Shown: in pieces, positions 10,958 through 19,528 of the stretch
How positions within the stretch are numbered: position 1 is the stretch's first letter
How the letters are laid out: every line of letters starts with the position of its first letter
DNA from: an uncultured Aureispira sp.
Lineage (GTDB): Bacteria; Bacteroidota; Bacteroidia; Chitinophagales; Saprospiraceae
Direction: 5' to 3'
DNA: 64,000 bases
NCBI GenBank assembly: GCA_905480075.1
Contig: CAJQOX010000088.1
Coordinates: 7,675 to 71,674 of the forward strand
Notes under the pieces: generated by a model
Seen by the model: the letters and a program-made list of their open reading frames with translations, nothing else
What the model was told of the DNA's origin: nothing
Databases searched by the model: none
Program-made: the position numbers and the translations under genes

Positions 10958-13345
10958 ATGAAATCTTTTATATTTATCTCTCTCTTTATTCTGCAATCTG
11001 CTTTCGTTTTTGCTCAAACAGCGAGAGTTCAGGTTATCCACAATTCAGCTGATGCCGCAGCAGCATCGGTGGACGTTTATCTCGGAGCAAATAAAATACT
11101 CGACAATTTCGCTTTCCGTAATGCATCTCCTTTTATTGATGCCCCGGCTGGAGTTCCGATTAAAGTATCTATTGCTCCTGCTTCCAGTAATTCCGTAGCA
11201 GATTCTATTGCTGTTTTTAATTATAACCTCATGTCGGGTGCCACTTACGTTCTCGTGGCAGAAGGTATCATAAGTGGTTCAGGCTATAGCCCGGCTACTC
11301 CTTTTGATATTTATGTGTATGGCATGGGAAGAGAAGCGGCCAGTAATTCCAATAATACTGATGTCTTGGTACACCATGGTGCAACAGATGCACCTGCAGT
11401 AGATGTTGTGGAGACGGGTGTTGGCGCAGGTACGATTATCTCTAATGCTTCTTATGGAGACTTTGCTCCTTACCTGGAATTATCTACAGCTGACTATGTT
11501 TTACAGGTGCGTGCAACAGGTGCTAGTTCAGCTGTAGCTGGATTCGATGCTCCTCTTTCTACCCTTGGTTTGCAAGGTGCTGCTCTTACTGTTGTAGCTA
11601 GTGGGTTTTTAAATCCTGCCGTAAACAGTAATGGCCCTGCCTTTGGTTTATTTGCGGCTCCGGCTACTGGAGGTGCAATGGTTGAATTGCCTTCCTCAAT
11701 TTCTCGTGTTCAGGCCATTCACAACTCTGCAGATATGGCTGCAAGCGTTGTTGATGTTTATTTGAATGGTGATCTTCTAATAGATGATTTTACTTTTCGT
11801 AACGCGAGTCCTTTTATTGATGCTCCGGCTGAGGTTGATATTCAGTTAGCTATTGCTCCTGGATCAAGTACTTCCGTTGCGGATTCTATAGCTGTATTCA
11901 ACTATAATCTATCCTCTGGTGAAACTTATGTTTTAGTGGCTGAAGGAATTGTAAGTGCTACAGGTTATAGCCCGGCTACTCCTTTTGGTATTAATGTGTA
12001 TGGAATGGGTAGAGAAATTGCTTCCAATCCAGCAAATACTGATGTCTTGGTTCACCATGGTGCAACAGATGCTCCTGCAGTGGATGTTGTGGAGACCGGA
12101 GCTGGCGCCGGAACGATTGTTTCAAATGCTTCTTATGGAGATTTTGCGCCTTACCTGGAATTAGGTACTGCTGATTATGTTTTACAGGTTCGGGCTACAG
12201 GTGCGAGTTCAGCAGTTGCTGGATTTGATGCTCCTTTAGCAAGTCTTGGTTTGCAAGGTGCGGCTCTTACTGTTGTTGCAAGTGGGTTTTTAGATCCTTC
12301 TGTTAATAGTAATGGTCCTGCTTTTGGTTTGTTTGCTGCTCCGGCTACAGGTGGTGCAATGGTTGAATTGCCTATGTCTAAAGCAAGATTGCAAGCTATT
12401 CATAACTCTGCAGATGCTGCAGCTGCAACGGTAGATGTTTATTTAGATGGTGGTTTATTGATTGATGATTTTGATTTCCGTTCAGCTAGCCCTTTTATTG
12501 ACGCTCCTGCTGAGGTTGATATTCAATTAGCTATTGCTCCTGCAAATAGTACTTCTGTAGCGGATTCAATTGCTTCATTTAATTACAACCTTGCTTCAGG
12601 TGATACTTATATTCTCATCGCAGAAGGAATTGTTAGTGCTACAGGATACAGTCCTGCGATCCCTTTTGATATAAAAGTATATGGAATGGGTAGAGAAGAA
12701 GCTTCTGCTTCTGGTAATACCGATGTATTGATACACCATGGTGCTACGGATGCTCCTGCTGTTGATATTGTTGAAGTAGGTATTGGTGCAGGTACTTTGG
12801 TTTCTAATGCTTCTTATGGAGATTTTGCTCCTTATCTCGAATTAGCAACTGATGATTACAGAGTTGAAGTACGCGCTGCCGGTTCAACAACTGCTGTTGC
12901 TGCTTATGATGCACCACTTTCTACGCTTGGTTTACAAGATTCTGCTATCACTGTTATAGCTAGTGGTTTCCTTGATCCTTCTGTTAATAGTAATGGCGCT
13001 GCCTTTGGGTTGTATGTTGCACTACCGGAAGGAGGTACTTTGGTTCCTTTGCCAATTGTCACGGGTTTGGTTTCTCTTCAGGCTATCAGTGGTTTGGATA
13101 TGAATGTTTTGCAAAATCCAGTTGTAGGTGAAAACCTTAATTTGTCTGTTAGTTCTTCAGAAAACAGAAATGTTAAATTAACAGTCTTGGATATTTCCGG
13201 AAAAATTGTTCAAAGTATTAACTCTGAGTTACAAAATGGTCAGAATATCATTTCTGTGAACAACTTGTCTCTTCAATCAGGTGTTTATATTGTAATGCTT
13301 AGTAATGATGAAGGCGTAAACGCTAAGCGTTTTATTAAAAAATAG
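10958..13345 (+). CDS. T9SS-secreted protein with repeated DUF4397-like domains
   Basis: Signal peptide, three 227-aa tandem units each made of two DUF4397-like halves, and a C-terminal Por-secretion-tail-like segment (LTVLDISGKIV...GVYIVMLSNDEGVNAKRFIKK). Confidence 0.7.
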   Translation: MKSFIFISLFILQSAFVFAQTARVQVIHNSADAAAASVDVYLGANKILDNFAFRNASPFIDAPAGVPIKVSIAPASSNSVADSIAVFNYNLMSGATYVLVAEGIISGSGYSPATPFDIYVYGMGREAASNSNNTDVLVHHGATDAPAVDVVETGVGAGTIISNASYGDFAPYLELSTADYVLQVRATGASSAVAGFDAPLSTLGLQGAALTVVASGFLNPAVNSNGPAFGLFAAPATGGAMVELPSSISRVQAIHNSADMAASVVDVYLNGDLLIDDFTFRNASPFIDAPAEVDIQLAIAPGSSTSVADSIAVFNYNLSSGETYVLVAEGIVSATGYSPATPFGINVYGMGREIASNPANTDVLVHHGATDAPAVDVVETGAGAGTIVSNASYGDFAPYLELGTADYVLQVRATGASSAVAGFDAPLASLGLQGAALTVVASGFLDPSVNSNGPAFGLFAAPATGGAMVELPMSKARLQAIHNSADAAAATVDVYLDGGLLIDDFDFRSASPFIDAPAEVDIQLAIAPANSTSVADSIASFNYNLASGDTYILIAEGIVSATGYSPAIPFDIKVYGMGREEASASGNTDVLIHHGATDAPAVDIVEVGIGAGTLVSNASYGDFAPYLELATDDYRVEVRAAGSTTAVAAYDAPLSTLGLQDSAITVIASGFLDPSVNSNGAAFGLYVALPEGGTLVPLPIVTGLVSLQAISGLDMNVLQNPVVGENLNLSVSSSENRNVKLTVLDISGKIVQSINSELQNGQNIISVNNLSLQSGVYIVMLSNDEGVNAKRFIKK
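11024..13066 (+). repeat. Three in-frame tandem repeats of 681 bp inside the DUF4397 gene
   Basis: The units start at 11024, 11705 and 12386 (RVQVIHNSAD / RVQAIHNSAD / RLQAIHNSAD). Protein and nucleotide similarity are high throughout, and highest in the second half of units 1 and 2. Confidence 0.9.
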
Positions 13346-13366
13346 GCGTTTTTATTATTTTTCAAA

Positions 13367-13401
13367 GGTAGATGGAATTATTTCCATCTGCCTTTTTTTT
13401 T
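13367..13401 (+). terminator. Rho-independent terminator after the DUF4397 gene
   Basis: GGTAGATGGAA pairs with TTCCATCTGCC (one G-U pair) around loop TTAT, followed by T9. Confidence 0.8.
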
Positions 13402-13533
13402 ATGTCATAATCGAATGTCAATGTTAATTTAAAGTTGATCCCTCAGTGACAGAAAAATCAAATCTTTCCATTCAATATATGGCAGCACAAGGCCTGTCTT
13501 AGAAGGGCTTCTATAATGCCCTCTATCAATATA

Positions 13534-13588
13534 TTCAATAGGCCAATAACTCCTCCAATGCAAGAACCAAACGTTCCTGCGGCATAAA
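13534..13588 (-). repeat. Orphan 55-bp duplicate of the 3' end of the E1 dehydrogenase gene
   Basis: 52 of 55 nt are identical (hand count) to 13708-13762. It still reads FMPQERLVLALEELLAY-stop on the minus strand, against FMPQERLVIALEELLAY-stop in the gene. Confidence 0.85.
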
Positions 13589-13606
13589 TAGCTTTTAGTA
13601 GAAAGT

Positions 13607-13662
13607 AGAAAGTAGCAAGACTGAATTTGCTTTGCAAATCTTTTTTAGTCTTGCTACTTTCT
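13607..13662 (-). terminator. Long hairpin downstream of the E1 gene (probable terminator, no clear T-run)
   Basis: A perfect 16-bp stem: AGAAAGTAGCAAGACT (13607-13622) pairs with AGTCTTGCTACTTTCT (13647-13662). An inner ATTTGC/GCAAAT hairpin sits in the loop. Confidence 0.5.
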
Positions 13663-13708
13663 ATTATTGCCAATACATTTTTTCAGAAAGCACCCACCAT
13701 CAACCTCT

Positions 13709-15712
13709 TCAATAAGCCAATAATTCCTCCAATGCAATAACCAAACGTTCCTGCGGCATAAACTGTCTTTCCAGATCTTTGGCAAAAGGGAAAGGAGTAT
13801 CAAGACTCGCCACCCGTTTGACCGGCGCATCGAGATGTTCGAATAAATGTTCGGAAATATAGGCAGCTAATTCTCCGCCTATGCCGCCGATCATAGTGTC
13901 TTCGTGTAGCAATAATACCCGGTTGGTCTTTTTAACAGAGGCGGCGATCGTTTCGTAATCCAGGGGTAGTAAGGTTCTGAGGTCTATCACCTCTATGTCG
14001 GCACCCATTTCTTCTGCGGCATGTTTTGCCCAATGTACGGCATTGCCATAAGTGACCACTGTTGCTGCCGAACCTTCTCTTGCTACGGCTGCCTTTCCGA
14101 TCTCTACCGTGTAGTAATCATCCGGAATTTCGGCAGATATAGACCGGTATAGGGCCTTGTGCTCAAAGAACATCACCGGATTCGGGTCTTCAAAGGAGGC
14201 CAGTAACAATCCTTTTGCATCATAGGGATTGGAAGGATAGACTATTTTTAATCCGGGAGTATGAAAGAACCAGGCTTCATTGCTCTGTGAGTGGAAAGGT
14301 CCGGCACCTACACCGCCGCCGGTAGGCATACGGATGACCATGTCTACATTCTGTCCCCAGCGATAATGCAATTTCGCTACATTATTGATGATCTGATTGA
14401 ATCCGCAGGTGGCAAAATCCGCAAACTGCATTTCCATCATCGATTTGTAGCCTTTCAGACTCAAACCTACTCCAATTCCTACGATGGCACTTTCACACAA
14501 AGGCGTATTGCGGACTCTGTCCTTGCCAAATTGTTTGGTAAAGCCATCAGTTATCTTAAAAACGCCTCCATAGTCGGCTATGTCCTGACCCATTAAGACC
14601 AGATTGTCGTATTTCTCCATTGCCTGACGCAAACCGTCCGATATAGCATCCACAAGGCGTTTGTCGCTGAGTTTTGAATCGGGAACTGTTGTGCTGACTG
14701 AGATGTGCGGCGCAAATAAATCCCCAATCTCTGTTTCCAGGTCTGCACTTACATCCGGAGTGGCATAGGCAATCTCCAATCCGGCTTCTATTTCTTTTTT
14801 GAATCCTTTGCGGTATTCTTTGATCTTTTCTTCTGTCAGAATGCCTTCTTCGATCAAAAACTGCTCGTAATTGCTGATAGGGTCTTTCTTGGCCCAGGTT
14901 TCCATCAGTTCTTTCGGGACATATTTGGTGCCCGAAGCCTCCTCATGTCCACGCATGCGGAAGGTATGACACTCAAGCAGGACAGGTCTGGGATTTTTGC
15001 GCATTGACTTGGCCAGACTGCTTACGGTATTATATACTTCAAGGATGTTGTTTCCATCTATCTTGTGCCCTTCCATGCCGTAGCCTTTTGCCCGGTCTAC
15101 CAGGTCCTCACAGGCATATTGTTCCGAGGTAGGAGTGGACAGGCCATAGCCATTGTTCTCAATGACAAAGATAACGGGCAGGTTCCATACAGAAGCCACA
15201 TTCAGCGCCTCGTGAAACTCTCCCTGACTTGTGCCGCCTTCACCCGTAAAAGCTACGGCCACCTTTCCGGCCTTACTCAGGTTGCTCGCCAGACCTACTC
15301 CGCCGGCCAGGGATAACTGTGGTCCAAGGTGGGATATCATGCCCACAATATTGAACTCAGGGGCTCCGAAGTGAAAGGAACGGTCGCGGCCCTTGGTGAA
15401 GCCGGGCATTTTTCCCTGCCACTGACAAAACAGTCTATCCAAGGGTACTTCCCTCGTGGTGAACACGCCCAGATTCCGGTGCATGGTAAATAAAAATTCG
15501 TCTTTTTGCAATGCGGCCGTTACGCCCACCGAAACGGCTTCCTGACCGATGCCGGCAAACCATTTGCTGATACGTCCCTGACGCAATAAGACCAACATTT
15601 TTTCTTCAACCATTCTTGGTTTTAATAAGGCAAGGTATAATTCTAATAATTTCTTCTTGCCAAGGCGCTTTTTATTATAGCTTATCATCTCCAACGTTAG
15701 ATTGTTATCCAT
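13709..15712 (-). CDS. 2-oxoacid (branched-chain type) dehydrogenase E1 component, fused alpha/beta subunits
   Basis: TPP-binding block GEGGTSQGEFHEALNVASVWNLPVIFVIENNGYG in the N-terminal half. Transketolase-like beta-subunit blocks (MEMQFADF, GPFHSQS) in the C-terminal half. A 667-aa fusion is typical of Bacteroidota. Confidence 0.85.
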   Translation of the reverse strand: MDNNLTLEMISYNKKRLGKKKLLELYLALLKPRMVEEKMLVLLRQGRISKWFAGIGQEAVSVGVTAALQKDEFLFTMHRNLGVFTTREVPLDRLFCQWQGKMPGFTKGRDRSFHFGAPEFNIVGMISHLGPQLSLAGGVGLASNLSKAGKVAVAFTGEGGTSQGEFHEALNVASVWNLPVIFVIENNGYGLSTPTSEQYACEDLVDRAKGYGMEGHKIDGNNILEVYNTVSSLAKSMRKNPRPVLLECHTFRMRGHEEASGTKYVPKELMETWAKKDPISNYEQFLIEEGILTEEKIKEYRKGFKKEIEAGLEIAYATPDVSADLETEIGDLFAPHISVSTTVPDSKLSDKRLVDAISDGLRQAMEKYDNLVLMGQDIADYGGVFKITDGFTKQFGKDRVRNTPLCESAIVGIGVGLSLKGYKSMMEMQFADFATCGFNQIINNVAKLHYRWGQNVDMVIRMPTGGGVGAGPFHSQSNEAWFFHTPGLKIVYPSNPYDAKGLLLASFEDPNPVMFFEHKALYRSISAEIPDDYYTVEIGKAAVAREGSAATVVTYGNAVHWAKHAAEEMGADIEVIDLRTLLPLDYETIAASVKKTNRVLLLHEDTMIGGIGGELAAYISEHLFEHLDAPVKRVASLDTPFPFAKDLERQFMPQERLVIALEELLAY

Positions 15713-15892
15713 AATTCTTCAGACCGGAATCTGTTTAAAATCAAATGTTTAATAATAATTTTTTCATTGTTCTCCGCAAAGGTAGAAAACCTCTCTGTGA
15801 GGAAAAACAAAAGAGGCAAAAAGTTTTCAAAAGTTAAGCGCTTATTTCCTTTCTTTTTCATAATTTCCCCTTTTTAATCTAAAATATCGTCC

Positions 15893-17593
15893 ATGTTTAA
15901 AGTTGGTTGCAGCAAAAAAGAAATTCCCTGCTTCTTTGAAGGCTTGGGAATGTTGGGATATGGCAAGGAGGGCAATGATGTGAAAGGGGTGGAAACTCCG
16001 ATCTTTTGCCGGGCCTTTGTTTTTAGTACAAAGGGAAAGATCATGGCCTTTGTAAATGCCGAAATTTGCTTTTTTACCATGCCCCTGCAAAAGGCCGTGC
16101 TCGACCAACTGAATGTTCTGCATCCAGGTATGTTCACTGAAAGCAACCTGATGCTTACCGCACAACACAGCCACAGCGCTCCGGGAGGAATTGCCCACCG
16201 CGTTTTTTATAATACCTCCATTCCGGGATTTAAGACGGAAGTATTTGAGGCTTACAAAAAGGGGGTAGTAGAAGCTGTCATGCAAGCCCTGAAGGATCTG
16301 CAGCCTGCAAGGATTTCCTACCATACAGGCCTTTTTGCTGAGGACATCGAGGTGGCCTTCAATCGTTCGCTGATTCCTTATAATGCCAACAAAGAGCTTT
16401 CGAAAAAGTATACAGAAGCGGAGGCGCATTTGGCGGTAGACAGGGCGATGAAGCTGCTCAGGGTTGAAAATCAGGAAGGCAAACTGACAGGGTCCCTCAA
16501 TTGGTTTGGAGTACATGCCACCTCTGTGTCGAACGACAATACAAAAATATGTTCCGATAATAAGGGCTATGCGGCTGAATTTACCGAAAATCAGCAGGAA
16601 AATATGGTGGCCGCCTTTGCACAGGAAGCGGCAGGAGATGTGACGCCTAATTTTGTCTGGGATAAAAAGAAAAAATGGCTGAGAGGAAAGTTTGAAGACG
16701 ATTTTGAATCGGCCCGCTATAATGGACAATTACAATCGGATATGGCCCTGAAATTGCTGGCCTCCACCCCGGAAAATTACCTGGCAGAAGAGATAGACTG
16801 CCATACTATGTATTTTGACATGGGCAATGTGGAGGTGGCCCCCCGATTTGCAGAGGGCAAAGAACAGTGTACTACATCTCCTGCCTGTATCGGGATGAGT
16901 TTCTTTGGAGGCACCAAGGAAGGTCCGGGGGTTCCCCGATTTCTGATCCGTATGGTAAATCCTATCATCTCTTTCGGGAAGCTCTTCGAAAAGATTTTCT
17001 ACAGGGCGACCCTGCCAAAGGAAGAAAAATTGGCCCTCGACCGCAAATTTGCCGCCCAATCTCCCAAGGCACTCGCTATGGAACTGGGCAAGGGCAGAAT
17101 TTTCTGGGTCTCCAGAATGAGCAGGGTCTTCTTTGTGCCCGATTTTGTCGATCCGCTGGTAAAGATGTTTCGCCGACTTGGCAGGGAGGGAATTCTGGAC
17201 AAAGACCCCTGGGGCCCTACCGTATTGCCCCTGCAGATAATGATCCTGGGACATCTGGCCATTATAGCTATTCCCGCAGAAATTACCACCATGGCCGGCC
17301 GGCGCCTGCGGAAATCCCTGCTCGATGTTTTATCTCAGCGGGGCGTCACAGAGGTCATCCTCTCGCCCTACGCCAATGCCTACGCCGGATACATCACTAC
17401 CAAAGAGGAGTACATGCACCAAAGATACGAGGGCGGACATACCCTTTTCGGCAAATGGACACTCGCCGCCTTTCAGACAAATTTCGACATCCTGGCTAAA
17501 GAAATGCTCCTGCAAAAGGACCAAAGAAAGAAAGCCGATGCATTGACCGTGCCCTATGTTTTGAAGGAAGAAAATATCTGGACGGGCTTTTGA
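15893..17593 (+). CDS. Neutral/alkaline ceramidase family protein
   Basis: The N-terminal GLGMLGYG...CRAFVF and TAQHSHSAPGG blocks match the neutral ceramidase N-terminal domain (HTHSGPGG type). No signal peptide is visible. Confidence 0.7.
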   Translation: MFKVGCSKKEIPCFFEGLGMLGYGKEGNDVKGVETPIFCRAFVFSTKGKIMAFVNAEICFFTMPLQKAVLDQLNVLHPGMFTESNLMLTAQHSHSAPGGIAHRVFYNTSIPGFKTEVFEAYKKGVVEAVMQALKDLQPARISYHTGLFAEDIEVAFNRSLIPYNANKELSKKYTEAEAHLAVDRAMKLLRVENQEGKLTGSLNWFGVHATSVSNDNTKICSDNKGYAAEFTENQQENMVAAFAQEAAGDVTPNFVWDKKKKWLRGKFEDDFESARYNGQLQSDMALKLLASTPENYLAEEIDCHTMYFDMGNVEVAPRFAEGKEQCTTSPACIGMSFFGGTKEGPGVPRFLIRMVNPIISFGKLFEKIFYRATLPKEEKLALDRKFAAQSPKALAMELGKGRIFWVSRMSRVFFVPDFVDPLVKMFRRLGREGILDKDPWGPTVLPLQIMILGHLAIIAIPAEITTMAGRRLRKSLLDVLSQRGVTEVILSPYANAYAGYITTKEEYMHQRYEGGHTLFGKWTLAAFQTNFDILAKEMLLQKDQRKKADALTVPYVLKEENIWTGF

Positions 17594-17597
17594 GGGA

Positions 17598-19136
17598 TTA
17601 GTGGTAGGAAATATTGCATTTGGTCAGATGCAGACTGAGAATTCTCTTTTCCTTAGCCGTCAGAGAGTCCCCGTCAAGAGAGAAAAACTCCAGTCGTTGC
17701 AGTGCATTGAAATTTTTGAAATATTTAATGATCTGGTTTTTATAACAAGACAAAACCCGCAGCATTCGCAGTTTGCTCAGCGACTCAGGCAGTTCTTTAA
17801 GTTGGTTGGAATAGAGGTCGAGATGGATTAACTCCGACAGATTGCCCATGCTTTCGGGCAAGGCTTTTAATTGATTTCCGGATAACTTGAGCTTTTTCAG
17901 CAGCATAAGTTTTCCTATATCCTCAGGCAGCCTGCTGATTTTATTATGCGTCAAATCCAACTCTTCCAATTGGCTAAGTTCAAGGCAGCTTTCAGGCAGG
18001 CTTTGCAATTGATTGTTGCTCAACAAAAGTTTTTGAAGATTAGATAACATTCCAATTTTAGCCGGAAGAGTTTTTAACTTGTTATATGTTAATCTTGCCC
18101 TCTTTAAAGAAGTTAATTTGACAAAACTCCCGGGCAGACTTTCCAGTTGATTCTTGGAAAGATTAAAATTTTCTAATTTGACGAGGGCTCCAATGCTTTC
18201 AGGAAGTTGAATTATTTCATTATAACTCAAATCGAGTTCCGTGATTTCACTGAGGGCACCAAAACTTTCAGGCAAGTCTTTCAAATGATTGCTTCCAAAC
18301 CATAGTGTTTTCAGATTTTTTAATTTACAGATAGCTTCAGGAAATTGAAGAAAGGCATTGGTTCTTAAATCTAAAATTTCAAGGTTTTGCAGCGCTTCAA
18401 ATGATTTGGGAAGCAGACTGATTTTGTTATTATACAGATCGAGTTTCTTAATGTTTTCAAATCCCTTTGGTCCTTCTGTGTTTTCGATGTTATTTGCTCT
18501 TAAAGACAGGGTTTCCAGACTATTGCATAATGATAAAACATCCGGTATAGATCTGAAATTGTTTGACCCTCCCTCAAGTCTTCTCAGGCAGTCTAAATTT
18601 GAAAAACCATCCGGTAATTTTTCGATATGATTCTCTTCAATTCTCAGATCTTCTAATTTGTTTAACTTACAGATGCTTTCAGGAAGTTGTTTGAAATTAT
18701 TTTTATTTAAATCCAAAGTCCTTAGTTCCTTAAGCAATGAAAAACTTTCAGGTAATTTACTCAGCCTGTTTGCTTTAAGAATGAATGTCTTTAAATTTTT
18801 TAATTTTCCTGTACTTTCCGGGAGTTCTGCGATTTTGTTATTGGAAAAGTTGATATTCTCCAGATTGATTAATTTCCCAATGGATTTGGGTATGTTCAGA
18901 TAGTTTATTCCTGCCACCCAGAGCTTTTTAAGGCTTAAAATCCGGTGAATCCTTTCCTCGGGATCTTCAGTAGCCTTAATTTGAAAATACTTTAAGAGCC
19001 AATGATACAGTTCATCATAATCCGACAAGTCAACAGTCAGGTTGTTGGAATGCATGATAGCAAAAGCAAGTTTGATGTTTTCTTTTTCCCCGCTTTTTAT
19101 CAGATTTAGTATTTTTTTTTGTTCACTGTCCTGCAT
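17598..19136 (-). CDS. Leucine-rich repeat protein
   Basis: About 18 consecutive 23-aa LRRs of the type LxxLPESxGxLxxLxxLxLxxNxL follow an ~80-aa N-terminal region. No other domain is recognised. Confidence 0.85.
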   Translation of the reverse strand: MQDSEQKKILNLIKSGEKENIKLAFAIMHSNNLTVDLSDYDELYHWLLKYFQIKATEDPEERIHRILSLKKLWVAGINYLNIPKSIGKLINLENINFSNNKIAELPESTGKLKNLKTFILKANRLSKLPESFSLLKELRTLDLNKNNFKQLPESICKLNKLEDLRIEENHIEKLPDGFSNLDCLRRLEGGSNNFRSIPDVLSLCNSLETLSLRANNIENTEGPKGFENIKKLDLYNNKISLLPKSFEALQNLEILDLRTNAFLQFPEAICKLKNLKTLWFGSNHLKDLPESFGALSEITELDLSYNEIIQLPESIGALVKLENFNLSKNQLESLPGSFVKLTSLKRARLTYNKLKTLPAKIGMLSNLQKLLLSNNQLQSLPESCLELSQLEELDLTHNKISRLPEDIGKLMLLKKLKLSGNQLKALPESMGNLSELIHLDLYSNQLKELPESLSKLRMLRVLSCYKNQIIKYFKNFNALQRLEFFSLDGDSLTAKEKRILSLHLTKCNISYH

Positions 19137-19200
19137 GCTGAATATTATTGTTTTTATTCTTTATTTGTACCTGCATTTTAAAGGTAATAAATTATAATCA

Positions 19201-19334
19201 TTTCATCATACAATCATTTTTTTTGCGTCAGCGATGTGAAAGAGTGATGCCCTTGGCAGCAGACATCAACAGTTTTTTTAGCTGTTGATGGCCGAGCGAA
19301 AGCGAGCTCTGTAACGTAGCGCCCGGACGCCCTT
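19201..19334. repeat. Intergenic repeat element, copy A (core CGTCAGCGAT ... hairpin ... AGCGCCCGGACGCCCTT)
   Basis: Homologous to 61170-61361. The central hairpin is CATCAACAG (19264-19272) paired with CTGTTGATG (19282-19290) around a T7-containing loop. Confidence 0.7.
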
Positions 19335-19528
19335 ATTATTAGTAGTAAATAATTTTATGTAAAAATTGACTTGTAATTCATAACATACTACTTATTATTA
19401 AAAAACGTTGGCTTTAACAGCTTCTTTGAAATATTGATTAAAATCCGACGTTTCTACATAATAATGAAAAGATGATTAGGATTGGTATGATTAATGAAAG
19501 GATTATTAAGGACATCATTTATGTTTTT

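Noticed and set aside
11024-13066. Considered whether the 681-bp repeats could be a CRISPR-like array or DGR template/variable repeats
   Set aside because: The repeats are contiguous with no spacers, in frame, and make up one coding sequence. There are no cas or reverse-transcriptase genes in the window. The differences between units are not adenine-specific.
13458-13673. 71-aa ORF on the minus strand downstream of the E1 gene
   Set aside because: It reads the duplicated E1 3' end in a different frame and runs through the 16-bp-stem hairpin. It has low complexity and no family resemblance. Repeat plus terminator explains the region better.
15842-17254. Long antisense ORFs (295 aa at 15842-16729 and 174 aa at 16730-17254), plus alternative-frame ORFs (for example 16867-17499) overlapping the ceramidase gene
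   Set aside because: They lie entirely within a well-supported CDS in a locally GC-rich stretch. Their translations are Arg/Cys/Phe/His-rich and contain no recognisable motifs. They are consistent with stop-codon depletion, not with real genes.
19201-19440. Possible small ORF in the repeat element (both copies read K-G-V-R-A-L on the minus strand, with only third-position differences)
   Set aside because: In copy A the frame has no ATG/GTG/TTG start between the upstream stop and the shared hexapeptide. Downstream of the hexapeptide the two copies diverge completely and end at different stops. Coincidence over 6 codons is likely.
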